Origin: Desulfurococcaceae archaeon
Lineage (GTDB): Archaea; Thermoproteota; Thermoprotei_A; Sulfolobales; NBVN01
Assembly (NCBI GenBank): GCA_020832985.1
Contig: JAJHRE010000001.1
Location: 28,776-92,775, forward strand
Direction: 5' to 3'
DNA: 64,000 nucleotides
Below the pieces are notes generated by a model. It was not told the origin of the DNA. It worked only from the letters and a program-made list of their open reading frames with translations, and ran no database searches. Below, piece by piece: positions 18,662 to 28,334 of this stretch (its first letter is position 1; every line of letters starts with the position of its first letter). Position numbers and translations under genes: made by a program.

Positions 18662-20536
18662 ATGTGTGGTATCATAGGTATAGTGTTAAGTAGTTCTAAA
18701 GCACTTTCTAAGAATTTAGGGAGGGTAATTAGAGAGTGTTTGAAGAACTTAGAGTATAGAGGGTACGACTCTGTAGGATTTGCTATAGTATCTAGTGAGG
18801 GGCTGATTATTAGGAAGAGTAAGGGTAAGATTGATGAGGTAGTATCTAAGCTTTCTTTCGATGAATTCGACGGTATTTACGGTGTTGGTCATACTAGGTG
18901 GGCTACTCATGGAAGACCGAGCGATGTTAATGCTCATCCTCAAACAGATTGTAGTGGTAAGGTAGCTGTAGTTCATAACGGTATTATAGAGAATTATATG
19001 GAGTTGAGGGATGCCTTAATTAGTAGAGGTCATGAGTTTAGAAGTGAGACTGATACTGAAGTTATAGCTCATTTAATTGAGGAGTATAAGAGGTTGGGTA
19101 TGAGTTCTTATGATGCTTTTAAGAAGGCAGTAACCCACCTTAGAGGTTCTTACGCAGTAGCTGTTATAGATGTTGATGACCCTGGTAAGATATTCTTCGC
19201 ACGTAATACCTCACCATTAGTTATAGGTATTAGTAGGGAGGCTAAGTTCCTATCTAGTGATATACCTGCGTTCTTAGACTACAGTAGAGATGTTATCGTG
19301 TTAAATGATGATGAGTTAGGCTACATATCTAAGGACGCTATAGTTATTGAGAAGTTAGTTGATAAGGATTTAAGATTAGAATTCGATAGAGTCCCACCTA
19401 AAACTGAATTCATCGATTACAGACTTAGGGTAAGACATATTGATTGGACTCCTGAGATGGCTAAGAAGGGTGGTTACCCACACTTCATGCTTAAGGAAAT
19501 TCATGAACAACCTAGAGCTGTTGCTGATACCCTAATATCAATATCTAAAGAATTAGATAATATTGTTAAGCTCCTTTCTAAAGCTGATAGGGTCTTACTC
19601 ATAGGCTCCGGTACTAGTTATCATGCAGCATTAGTAGGTAGTCTACTTCTTAACGAGTTAGCGTATGTTAAGAGCCACGCATTAATATCGTCTGAGGTTA
19701 GGTGGTTTATAAACAGTATTGATGATGATGACGTGGTCATAGCTATTAGTCAGTCTGGTGAAACTATAGATACTTTATTAGCTGTTCGTGATGTTAGGGG
19801 GAAGGGTGCTTTAACTATAGCTTTGACGAACGTCATTGATAGTACATTAGCTAGAGAGTCACACCTCTCCATATACACTAGGGCAGGTCCTGAAATAGGT
19901 GTTGCAGCTACTAAAACATACGTAGCTCAAGTAGCTACTTTAAGCTACTTAGCTATTAGCTTAGGTGGGTATATGGGTACGTTAGATAGTAATAAAGCTT
20001 CAGAATTAAAGTCTGAGTTAAGTTTAATACCTGAGGTTATGTCTACAACGATATCAACTTGCGAACCCAGAGCTAGAGTTATTTCAGGTGTTATCGGTAC
20101 GAAGCATAGTATGTATTACTTAGGTAGGGGTTTAGGCCTGCCTACATCTATGGAGGGTGCTTTAAAACTTAAGGAGATAGCGTATATCCATGCTGAGGCA
20201 TACCCAGCTGGTGAGAGTAAGCACGGCCCTATAGCGTTAGTTGATGAGGGGTTCCCAGTAGCTTTCACCGTATTAGGTGATGAAGCTGAGTTAATAGTTA
20301 GTAATGTTGAGGAGATGAAGGCTAGAGGTGCTTGGACTCTAGCTGTAGTACCTAAAGGTTTTGAGAAGAGTGTTAAGTTATTTGATTATATCTTCGAACT
20401 ACGTCGTATTAGTTATGAGTTAGCACCGATAGTTTATATAATTCCTTACCAATTACTAGCCTACTACACAGCCGTCACGTTAGGTTACGACCCAGATAAA
20501 CCTAGAAATCTAGCCAAGACTGTTACTGTAGTATAG
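18662..20536 (+). CDS. glmS: Glutamine--fructose-6-phosphate aminotransferase
   Basis: N-terminal nucleophile MCGIIGIV, two SIS domains and a C-terminal ...NLAKTVTVV. Confidence 0.95.
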   Translation: MCGIIGIVLSSSKALSKNLGRVIRECLKNLEYRGYDSVGFAIVSSEGLIIRKSKGKIDEVVSKLSFDEFDGIYGVGHTRWATHGRPSDVNAHPQTDCSGKVAVVHNGIIENYMELRDALISRGHEFRSETDTEVIAHLIEEYKRLGMSSYDAFKKAVTHLRGSYAVAVIDVDDPGKIFFARNTSPLVIGISREAKFLSSDIPAFLDYSRDVIVLNDDELGYISKDAIVIEKLVDKDLRLEFDRVPPKTEFIDYRLRVRHIDWTPEMAKKGGYPHFMLKEIHEQPRAVADTLISISKELDNIVKLLSKADRVLLIGSGTSYHAALVGSLLLNELAYVKSHALISSEVRWFINSIDDDDVVIAISQSGETIDTLLAVRDVRGKGALTIALTNVIDSTLARESHLSIYTRAGPEIGVAATKTYVAQVATLSYLAISLGGYMGTLDSNKASELKSELSLIPEVMSTTISTCEPRARVISGVIGTKHSMYYLGRGLGLPTSMEGALKLKEIAYIHAEAYPAGESKHGPIALVDEGFPVAFTVLGDEAELIVSNVEEMKARGAWTLAVVPKGFEKSVKLFDYIFELRRISYELAPIVYIIPYQLLAYYTAVTLGYDPDKPRNLAKTVTVV

Positions 20537-21700
20537 GTGGTGGTCATGGACCGTGCTGTAGTATTAGTTGGTGGTAGTGGTACTGGTGTTAGAGATATTA
20601 CCGGGGGTATGCCTAAAGCATTACTTAAGGTTGTCGGTAAGTCAGTTGTTGAGAGGGTTATTGATGGTTTACTTACGTGTGGTTTGAAGGACATCACATT
20701 AGTTTCTGACCAACCATCATTGTTTGAAGACATAACTGTTAAGTATGGTGATGTAGCTGATATCCAAGTTATTAAACAGGTCGGTAGCGGTGTTAGAGAT
20801 GCTATACTATCTGCTAAGGACGTGTTGAGTAAACCAACGTTATTAATTTATGGTGATACTTTAGTACCTTATGAAGCATATAGGATGGTCGTCAATGCAT
20901 ACTTAACATATGGTAAGCCAGTCATTATGGTAGTTCCTGAGGAGGATGTTAGACTATATGGTGCTGTATCAATAGATGGTGAAGGTAGGGTTGTAGATTT
21001 CATTGAGAAACCTACTACTGAAATTGACGGTGCTTACGCTTATGGTGGTATTGCAGTATATGATAAGGAGTTAATTGAGGTTTTAGAGGAGTCGTCAACA
21101 GTTGATGAAGCTTTTAAGAGGTATATAGGTAGGAGAGTATTTAAAGTAGCTATCTGGAGTGGTTGGTGGGTTGATATAGGGTTCCCCTGGGATTTACTTA
21201 AAGCTACTTACTACATATTAAGTGAGTTACGTGATGTTAGGATATCTTCTAAAGCATCAATAGCTTCAACAGCTGTAGTTAAAGGCCCTCTAATCATAGA
21301 GGATGATGTGGAGGTAGACCACTACACAGTACTTAAAGGCCCTCTATATATAGGCCGTAACGTCACTATAGAACCACACTCATTAGTAGATAACTACACA
21401 TCATTAGAAGAGGGGGTTTACACTGAAGCATATACAGAGCTCTTCTGGAGTAGTATACAACCTAAAGTAGTTATAGGTCATAACTCACATATATACCTAA
21501 CAGTCATAGGTAGTGAGGCAGTGATAGAAGGTAATGTAATAACATCCGCAGACATGAGGAAGAACACACTCATCAATATATTAAGTAGTAGGGGTGTAGC
21601 AGCCATAAGTAAAACACTACTAAACTACCTTAGGAGATGTTCCTCCATAAGTCATAAAGCTAAGATAAGTGCTGGAAGTATTATTAAGATTAATGAATGA
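20537..21700 (+). CDS. Sugar-1-phosphate nucleotidyltransferase with C-terminal left-handed beta-helix (GlmU/ST0452-like)
   Basis: N-terminal VLVGGSGTGVRDIT...PKALL nucleotidyltransferase signature and hexapeptide-like repeats in the C-terminal half. It starts immediately after the glmS stop. Confidence 0.75.
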   Translation: MVVMDRAVVLVGGSGTGVRDITGGMPKALLKVVGKSVVERVIDGLLTCGLKDITLVSDQPSLFEDITVKYGDVADIQVIKQVGSGVRDAILSAKDVLSKPTLLIYGDTLVPYEAYRMVVNAYLTYGKPVIMVVPEEDVRLYGAVSIDGEGRVVDFIEKPTTEIDGAYAYGGIAVYDKELIEVLEESSTVDEAFKRYIGRRVFKVAIWSGWWVDIGFPWDLLKATYYILSELRDVRISSKASIASTAVVKGPLIIEDDVEVDHYTVLKGPLYIGRNVTIEPHSLVDNYTSLEEGVYTEAYTELFWSSIQPKVVIGHNSHIYLTVIGSEAVIEGNVITSADMRKNTLINILSSRGVAAISKTLLNYLRRCSSISHKAKISAGSIIKINE

Positions 21701-21729
21701 TTAGTTAATGTAAATGGCGGCCCCGTATT

Positions 21730-21848
21730 TGGCGCCTACCGCACAGCATACTGTGTCGCGGCCGGGATTTGAACCCGGGTCACGGGCTCTCCACACAGGG
21801 TCGGTGTTCGACAGGCCCGCATACTAGGCCGGGCTATACTACCGCGGC
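21730..21848 (-). tRNA. tRNA-Asp(GUC) with two introns and an encoded CCA
   Basis: Read on the minus strand: GCCGCGG-TA-GTAT-AGCCCGGCCTA-GTAT-G-CGGGC-CTGTCG[20-nt intron, 21808..21789]A-GCCCG-TGAC-CCGGG-TTCAAAT-CCCGG-CCGCG[21-nt intron, 21756..21736]GC-G-CCA. The anticodon GTC is at 21812..21810. Without the second intron the acceptor stem would have a C2-A71 mismatch and no CCA. Confidence 0.85.
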
Positions 21849-21880
21849 ACTCGGGGCCTACACAATAAACTAATTTCAGA

Positions 21881-21894
21881 CTTATAAACTTTTC
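21881..21894 (-). promoter_or_regulatory. BRE/TATA promoter for the tRNA-Asp transcript
   Basis: The minus strand reads GAAAAG-TTTATAAG. The TATA octamer (21888..21881) ends 22 nt upstream of G21858, the first base of the GGCCCCG leader arm. Confidence 0.4.
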
Positions 21895-22103
21895 AAACTC
21901 AAACAAACCATATAATTATAACCTACGTGGTAGTTGTGGGTTAGTTTTAGGGTAGGTTATAATTTCAGGTGGTTTAGTTATAGCTCACCTTAAAATAAAG
22001 GATGAATTTGTGGGTGGGTTATAATGAGTAGTAATAACATATTCTACACTATTATGAAGGTTAAGGATAAGTAAAACACATACATAAATGATAAATTAAG
22101 AGG

Positions 22104-22181
<78 letters not shown>

Positions 22182-22285
22182 AACCAACTAACACATTAAG
22201 TAAAACCTAATAAATCTTTAAGTCTCTTCCCTATTATCACGAAACGTTTAATTTAGTTCCTGCTGTATAATATTGGGAGCGTTAC

Positions 22286-23032
22286 TTGGTTGGTGTTCTG
22301 TATTGGGTTGGATGTACTACTTCTTATATAGTGCCTAGCATCTATGAGAGGATGGTCAGTATTCTTAATAAGGTTGGTATTGATTTTAAGGTTTTAGGTC
22401 GTAGGGAGAGGTGTTGTGGGTATCCATTGATCCTGTTAGGTGATTATGATGGGTTTAAAGCTTTAGCTAAGGATGTTGTAGGTATTATCAGTAGTGAAGG
22501 TGTTGATAAGGTGATTACTAATTGCCCGGGTTGTTATAGGTGTTTCAATGAGTTCTACCCTAAAGTCTTAGGTGTTGAGGTTCTTCCGTTTAAGGTTATA
22601 CATTCAACCCAATTCATATATGAGAACATTCGTTTAGGTAAGTTGAGGTTTAAGGATGGTGTTAAGCTACGTATTACTTACCACGACCCATGCGATTTAG
22701 GTAGGCATTCAGGTATTTACGATATCCCCAGAGATATACTGACGTCAATACCTAATATCGAGTTCGTGGAGATGGAGAGGAGTAAGGAAGCAGCTAGATG
22801 TTGTGGTGCTGGGGGTGTTCTAAGGATGTTAATACCTCAACTATCTACTCAAGTCTCTATAACCAGAATTAAAGATGATGTATCACCATTAAATGTTGAT
22901 GCTGTAATTACTGCCTGCCCAACATGTGTTAAGAACTTAAGAGATGGTGCATCAATAAGTGAGATGTTCTACAACCTCAAACATATAGATGTATTAGATA
23001 TTGTCGAACTTATTGATGAGTTAACTTTATGA
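22286..23032 (+). CDS. Cysteine-rich (CCG-domain) Fe-S oxidoreductase, LutA/GlcF/HdrB-like
   Basis: Two CCG-type motifs (ERCCGYPL...NCPGCY and AARCCGAGG...ACPTCV). Confidence 0.75.
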   Translation: MVGVLYWVGCTTSYIVPSIYERMVSILNKVGIDFKVLGRRERCCGYPLILLGDYDGFKALAKDVVGIISSEGVDKVITNCPGCYRCFNEFYPKVLGVEVLPFKVIHSTQFIYENIRLGKLRFKDGVKLRITYHDPCDLGRHSGIYDIPRDILTSIPNIEFVEMERSKEAARCCGAGGVLRMLIPQLSTQVSITRIKDDVSPLNVDAVITACPTCVKNLRDGASISEMFYNLKHIDVLDIVELIDELTL

Positions 23033-23041
23033 GGTGGTGTT

Positions 23042-24331
23042 ATGAGTTTATGGTTTGATTCTTATAGGGAAGCACTCACTAAAGAGATGGAGAATGAAGT
23101 ACTTAAGGTGGCTTTAGAGAGATTTACTAGGACTTACTGGAATAACCGGAATAAAGCTCTTAGGAGGTTACCCTACTATAACTACTACAGAAAGAGAGTT
23201 AGGGAGGTTAAGACTTGGTCTATAGCACATATAGATGAGTTGATAAAGATGGTTAAGGAGAATTTAGAGGCTTTAGGAGGTACTTTCTACCTAGCTAATA
23301 CAGCTAAGGACGCCGCTGAGTATGTAGCTAAGGTATGTTCAGAGCATAATGCTAAATTAATCGTTAAGTCTAAGTCTATGGTTACTGAGGAAATATCACT
23401 TAATGATGTGTTAATTAGTAGAGGTATGGAGGTTGTTGAGACTGATTTAGGTGAATGGATAATACAGTTAAGGAGTGAGAAACCATCACATATAATATAC
23501 CCAGCAATACATCTAACTAGAGAGGAGGTTGCTAAGACCTTCTCTAAAGTTCTAGGTAGGGAATTACCTTCAGACCCCTCAATACTTGTTAGAGTTGCTA
23601 GGGAGAAATTAAGGGAGAAGTTCATTAATGCTGATGTAGGTATAAGCGGTGCTAATGTAATAGCTGCAGATACATCAACAATATTCATTATAGAGAACGA
23701 AGGTAACGCTAGATTCTCAACTAACGCACCACCAGTACACATATGTGTCTCAGGGATTGAGAAGGTAGTCCCAACAGTTGAGGATGCGTTACTAGTTTCT
23801 AGGGTAGTAACTCCTAACGCTACAGGTCAGTTAATGCCTGTGTACATATCATTAATTACCGGGCCTAGTAGGACTGCAGACATAGAGTTGAAGTTAACTC
23901 TAGGTGTTCACGGACCTAAGGAACTCTACCTAGTCTTAGTAGATAATGGCAGGTCTAAAATGATTAACGACCCTGACTTCAGAGAAGCTGCCTACTGTGT
24001 TAAGTGTGGTGCATGCCTAAGTGACTGCCCAATATATCGTGAGGTAGGTGGTATAGTATGGAGTTATAAGTATATTGGGGGGATAGGGGCTATATGGACA
24101 TACTTCACACACGGATTAGATAAAGCAGCACCACTAGCATTCACATGTACTACATGTGGTAGGTGTAAAGCTATATGTCCGTTAGAGATAGACACCCCCT
24201 CAATGATTACTAAATTAAGAGAGAGGTTGTTAAGGGCTGGTTTAGTACCTCAAGAAGTCTTAACAACAATTAAGAACGTAAAAACTGTAGGTAATCCATT
24301 CGGTATCACACCGTTTCTCAGTAGATGGTAG
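23042..24331 (+). CDS. LUD-domain iron-sulfur protein, LutB-like
   Basis: A LUD-type domain followed by two ferredoxin-like clusters (CVKCGACLSDCP and CTTCGRCKAICP). It is adjacent to the LutA-like gene. Confidence 0.75.
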   Translation: MSLWFDSYREALTKEMENEVLKVALERFTRTYWNNRNKALRRLPYYNYYRKRVREVKTWSIAHIDELIKMVKENLEALGGTFYLANTAKDAAEYVAKVCSEHNAKLIVKSKSMVTEEISLNDVLISRGMEVVETDLGEWIIQLRSEKPSHIIYPAIHLTREEVAKTFSKVLGRELPSDPSILVRVAREKLREKFINADVGISGANVIAADTSTIFIIENEGNARFSTNAPPVHICVSGIEKVVPTVEDALLVSRVVTPNATGQLMPVYISLITGPSRTADIELKLTLGVHGPKELYLVLVDNGRSKMINDPDFREAAYCVKCGACLSDCPIYREVGGIVWSYKYIGGIGAIWTYFTHGLDKAAPLAFTCTTCGRCKAICPLEIDTPSMITKLRERLLRAGLVPQEVLTTIKNVKTVGNPFGITPFLSRW

Positions 24332-24381
24332 TTCATAGCTCTTCATATTGTTTTTAGGCTCCCCACCATCTACTTCTCAAC

Positions 24382-24535
24382 GGCTTTATCCTCCCGACCA
24401 CCCTACGGGAGTTGTTCAACCCTAGTCACCTAGGGATACATCCACTCCCATCAAGTAATCGAGGTTCATGAAACGTTCATCAACCTCAAGACCTCATCGG
24501 TTTCGAAGCTCACAATACTAACATCCTAGAAAGCC
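24382..24535. ncRNA. Candidate structured non-coding RNA of unknown class
   Basis: A GC-enriched island in a 348-bp non-coding gap. The closing helix is GGCTTT (24382-24387) with AAAGCC (24530-24535). It encloses three perfect hairpins: 24391-24396/24406-24411, 24420-24425/24430-24435 and 24461-24466/24482-24487 (plus the inner 24468-24472/24476-24480). All six frames contain stops. The strand is undetermined. Confidence 0.3.
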
Positions 24536-24679
24536 TTATAAGCTTTTAAACATCAATGAACGAACGCTACAAATGATTATGAAAACTGAAACACCCTCCT
24601 AAAAACACTTACTAAACGCTAGTAATTTTTCATTATTTATTACCAGATGATTTTAAAAATTATGATTAACTTCATTTAA

Positions 24680-25438
24680 TTGGGTCTGATTGTGAGGATA
24701 ACCTTCGCTAATGCTAGGGTTTGGCGTTATGTGATGGGTAGTATCAGTAAGTTCGTTGAGGTAGGTTTAATGATCGTTAATGATGATGGCTTAACATTTA
24801 AGGCTATGGATCCTTCAAGAGTTGCGTTGGTAGAGTTTAACATACCTAAGGAGTCCTTCGATACTTTCGAATTAGAGGGTGAGGTTAAGGTAGCTATCAA
24901 TGTTGAGGACTTAGGTAAGATATTAAGGAGTTCTGAAAAAGATGATAGGATATCATTAGAGGTTAGTGAGAACTCACTAACTATAGAACTTGAGAGGAAG
25001 GGTATTCCTAGAATGTTTGTAATACCGTTACATACTGGTAGTGAAGTTGAAGCTATCCCTGAATTAAGTTTAGACTTAAGGAATAAGTTTAAGGTTGCAG
25101 GCACTACATTATATGAAGGTATAAGTAGTATTGAGGACTTAGGTGATGTACTGACATTTAATATTGGTGAAGACCACCTCAGTTTAGTCGTTAAGAGTGA
25201 TTTAGGCGATGCTGAAATAGTGTTTGATAAAGAGTCTGGGATGTTGCTAGAGTTTGAGGTTAATGACCCTAACACCAGTGTGTCTTATGGTGTAGAGTAC
25301 TTATCATATGTTAAACAACCTATAAAGCTCTCAGAGACTGTAGACATACTATTAAGTCCTGAAATGCCGTGTAAGTTAGTACTCAACCTACCTCAAGGTG
25401 CTAAGATGAACTACTATGTCGCACCAAGAGTTGAGTAG
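24680..25438 (+). CDS. pcn: DNA polymerase sliding clamp (PCNA)
   Basis: ...ANARVWRYVMGSISKFVEVGLMIVNDDGLTFKAMDPSRVALVEF... and a C-terminal ...YYVAPRVE are typical of archaeal PCNA. The antisense ORF 24727-25275 is rejected. Confidence 0.9.
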   Translation: MGLIVRITFANARVWRYVMGSISKFVEVGLMIVNDDGLTFKAMDPSRVALVEFNIPKESFDTFELEGEVKVAINVEDLGKILRSSEKDDRISLEVSENSLTIELERKGIPRMFVIPLHTGSEVEAIPELSLDLRNKFKVAGTTLYEGISSIEDLGDVLTFNIGEDHLSLVVKSDLGDAEIVFDKESGMLLEFEVNDPNTSVSYGVEYLSYVKQPIKLSETVDILLSPEMPCKLVLNLPQGAKMNYYVAPRVE

Positions 25439-26486
25439 TAAGACTAAGAATTTAATTAAGGGGTTATTTAAGGAATACTATAAGAAGACTGATTTAAGAG
25501 TTCCTGAAGACTTCATACTAAGAGAATTTGCCTTCCAAACATTCGATAGTGACTCTTATGTAAGACATAAATCATTTAGTAGTATCTCAACACTTAAGGA
25601 GTATGTAATATCAATCACCCCAAAACATGCTTATTTCTCATCAGCACTCTATAGAGAACCTAGTGCTGAAAACATGGATGAGAAGGGTTGGTTAGGATCT
25701 GACTTAGTATTTGATATAGATGCTAATGAAATACCTGGATGTAACCCTATGAGAGTGAATGTATGCTTAGATGACGGTTGTGATGATGTAGAGTTAATTA
25801 ATGATGAATGCTTAGAACTAGCTAAAGAACATGAAGAAGAATTGGTAGAGGTACTCATCAATGATTTAGGATTTAAACATGATGAGATTGAAATTCAATT
25901 CTCAGGTAATAGAGGATTCCATACTAGAGTACATCCGAGAGATCAGTCATGGCTATCGTTGGATTCCTCAGCTAGGAGAGAGATAGTAGATTACTTAAAA
26001 GGTGTGGACTTAGACTTACGTTATATAGTATTAACTAGTAGTAGGAGTAAGAAGGTAAGGTTAAGTATCCCTAGAACTGATGAAGGTGGTTGGAGGAGGA
26101 GGTTAGCTAAGAAGTTAATCAATACAGGTCTTGAGGACTTAAGAAGTAAATTAAATGATGTAATACCTAGGTGTGTAATACATGTTGATGAGAAGGTAAC
26201 GATAGATACCTCAAGATTAATTAGAATTCAAGGAAGTTTAAATGGTAAGACAGGTCTTAAAGTGATTAAGTTAGATATGAATGAGCTACAGAACTTCAAG
26301 CTTAGAGAAGAACTCTCACCGTTTACTAGCTATACGGCATTGATAATACCGACAGCAGATATAAATAACATAAACATCTTAGGCTACGAATTAAGTTTTA
26401 TGAAGGGTATGTCCTATAAAGTCCCTGCAAGCATAGCTATATACTTAGCACTCAATAAGTTAGCATATATTAACAAGATAATTTAG
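25416..26486 (+). CDS. priS: DNA primase small (catalytic) subunit PriS
   Basis: Catalytic motifs DLVFDIDANE and QFSGNRGFH..., plus HVDEKVTIDTSRLIRIQGSLNGKTG. It overlaps pcn by 23 nt. Confidence 0.9.
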   Translation: MSHQELSSKTKNLIKGLFKEYYKKTDLRVPEDFILREFAFQTFDSDSYVRHKSFSSISTLKEYVISITPKHAYFSSALYREPSAENMDEKGWLGSDLVFDIDANEIPGCNPMRVNVCLDDGCDDVELINDECLELAKEHEEELVEVLINDLGFKHDEIEIQFSGNRGFHTRVHPRDQSWLSLDSSARREIVDYLKGVDLDLRYIVLTSSRSKKVRLSIPRTDEGGWRRRLAKKLINTGLEDLRSKLNDVIPRCVIHVDEKVTIDTSRLIRIQGSLNGKTGLKVIKLDMNELQNFKLREELSPFTSYTALIIPTADINNINILGYELSFMKGMSYKVPASIAIYLALNKLAYINKII

Positions 26487-26541
26487 TTAAAACCTTAGCA
26501 AAATAAATTTTAATAAGGAAGTAGAGTAAATGAAGATGTGG

Positions 26542-27963
26542 TTAGGGTTTATTTTCAACAGTACAGAGACTTGTTAGTAGAATATTTAAAGTTTTTAAGA
26601 CCTCAATCAGTACGTCATACCTTAACGAGTTATTCCTTAACAACTCTCTAAACTCTTCAGTATCTACTAACTTACATACTCTACCCTCCTTTAGTAGGAG
26701 GTCTATACCTAAATCTACGTATTTTACATTGTTATACGGTATGATTTCTGGAGGTGTGTTTATGTTAATATACACGCCCTTAACCCTACCATCAGATGAT
26801 AGATATCTATGTATGACCCACCACCTACCTTCACAAACCTCAGTAAGTGCTTTATCACCTACTTCTTTAGGTATCCCTAAACCGTCGTATAAACCCTTAC
26901 CAACAATACCTCTCTCTATATTCACGCATAATCCATTATCATCTATGATGTTTATAACCTTACCGCTACTTAAACTAATCACACTTCCATCGGGTTTAAC
27001 ATGTCTTACACCAACTTCATACTCTGTTAAGCTATTCTTAATCCACTCCCTAATACATCTACGTAGGATAACACCATCAACTTTACTAGCTATTACATCT
27101 AGAATATCAACTAAGTGTTTAAGGTTATCATCTAGGCTTCTTAAGGAGTGATGATACGGAGTTGTTGGAGTTATTTTAGCTCTTACGCTATCTAAATACT
27201 CCTTAGATAGTGATGAAAGTATTATTAGAGCTACCCTCTCACCCTCATACACTATCTCTAAAGGCTTACTACGACGTAATTCCTTCTCAATATATTCTAA
27301 CTTACTCATCAGTGCTTCTAGTTCGTTAATAACCTCAGATATGTTTGCATCATCAACATTACTCCTCCAATGGATGCTATACCCCTTCCTCACGTAATTA
27401 GATGATAGCATCACTAACTCTGAAATCCTCTCCTTATTCTTGATGAAGTTACTGAAAGTTACCTTACCACCCCTACTTAATATTGCGTAATACCCAACAA
27501 CTCTTAACTTATTTGAGAAGACCATACGTTCCCCCTTCTTAAGAGGTACTCTAATTGAGGTTGCGTAGACTTCAGCACCGTTAACACATTCTCTAACATC
27601 TACTATAGGTGCCTGCCCATACGGAGTATCTATAATACATTCATTATCCCTAATACCTACTATAGATGTCTTAAAGGTTGCGTATAGACCTACCTCCGGC
27701 ATATTAACTACTACGTAGGGTATCTCCTCCATCAACACCTTCACAACATACCTTACACTCTCCGGAAATCCTATCACTAGTATGTTTGACGGGTCCTCAT
27801 CATCAGACTTAATAGTTACGTCTGCAGGTACACCCCTCAACTCACTTATACCTAAACGCTTAGCTATGACATCAGTAACATCGACTAACTCTATACCTCT
27901 ATCATAGAGTATTTTCGAAAGTGCTGTAGCGTAGATACCTCTAACTCTGACCTTCACCTTCAT
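26542..27963 (-). CDS. fau-1: FAU-1/RNase E-G-like RNA-binding protein (DUF402 C-terminus)
   Basis: MKVKVRVRGIYATALSKILYDRGIELV... is an N-terminus typical of archaeal FAU-1 (about 470 aa). Confidence 0.7.
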   Translation of the reverse strand: MKVKVRVRGIYATALSKILYDRGIELVDVTDVIAKRLGISELRGVPADVTIKSDDEDPSNILVIGFPESVRYVVKVLMEEIPYVVVNMPEVGLYATFKTSIVGIRDNECIIDTPYGQAPIVDVRECVNGAEVYATSIRVPLKKGERMVFSNKLRVVGYYAILSRGGKVTFSNFIKNKERISELVMLSSNYVRKGYSIHWRSNVDDANISEVINELEALMSKLEYIEKELRRSKPLEIVYEGERVALIILSSLSKEYLDSVRAKITPTTPYHHSLRSLDDNLKHLVDILDVIASKVDGVILRRCIREWIKNSLTEYEVGVRHVKPDGSVISLSSGKVINIIDDNGLCVNIERGIVGKGLYDGLGIPKEVGDKALTEVCEGRWWVIHRYLSSDGRVKGVYININTPPEIIPYNNVKYVDLGIDLLLKEGRVCKLVDTEEFRELLRNNSLRYDVLIEVLKTLNILLTSLCTVENKP

Positions 27964-27978
27964 AATACCATCTAATCA

Positions 27979-28272
27979 TCAATCCTTAACAGTTGATAAC
28001 ACAGCCATTATATTCCATATAGTAGTTCTTGTATGTACCGGCATGTTCGGATCTTGACTTACCTCGTCTAAAACACCTACAGCATTCGCAGCTCTAACCC
28101 CAGGTGATAAACTCTTATCCTGTAACATGTTTAAAGCTTCTATAGCAGCTCTACGTATATTTCTAGGTACGCTTGAATCACTAACAATCTTGTTTAACAA
28201 CCTTATAGCCTGAACTATCTTAGCCTCATTAAGTAGCTTAGTATCTACTTTAGACTCATTACCTGTACTCAT
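27979..28272 (-). CDS. UPF0147-family small helical protein
   Basis: 97 aa with ...[16 protein letters not shown]...[20 protein letters not shown]. Confidence 0.65.
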   Translation of the reverse strand: MSTGNESKVDTKLLNEAKIVQAIRLLNKIVSDSSVPRNIRRAAIEALNMLQDKSLSPGVRAANAVGVLDEVSQDPNMPVHTRTTIWNIMAVLSTVKD

Positions 28273-28334
28273 ACCACACCCCCTAAACCGTTAGATAGTT
28301 AAATAGCACAACTAATAATTTTAATGGGGTTTGA

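Noticed and set aside
21715-21858. An alternative reading in which the outer GGCCCCG/CGGGGCC-G-CCA is the true acceptor stem of the tRNA, and the inner GCCGCGG/CCGCG..GC segments are introns.
   Set aside because: This reading needs a 10-nt intron at 7/8 and a roughly 35-nt intron at 65/66. Their splice sites cannot form bulge-helix-bulge motifs. The inner acceptor GCCGCGGTAGTATAGCC... is the typical crenarchaeal tRNA-Asp 5' sequence. The outer helix is reported as an unexplained flanking structure instead.
21900-22080. A G/T-rich stretch between tRNA-Asp and tRNA-Val with loosely repeated GGTTATAAT / GGTTTAGTTATAG-like units.
   Set aside because: The repeats are short, imperfect and irregularly spaced. 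There is no CRISPR-like periodicity, no ORF and no convincing secondary structure.
24381-24393. The minus-strand GAGGATAAAGCCG resembles the RNase P RNA CR-I motif (GAGGAAAGUCC).
   Set aside because: The motif lies at the 3' end of the candidate element rather than near the 5' end. No CR-IV or CR-V (ACAGAA...) counterpart or P4 pairing partner was found.
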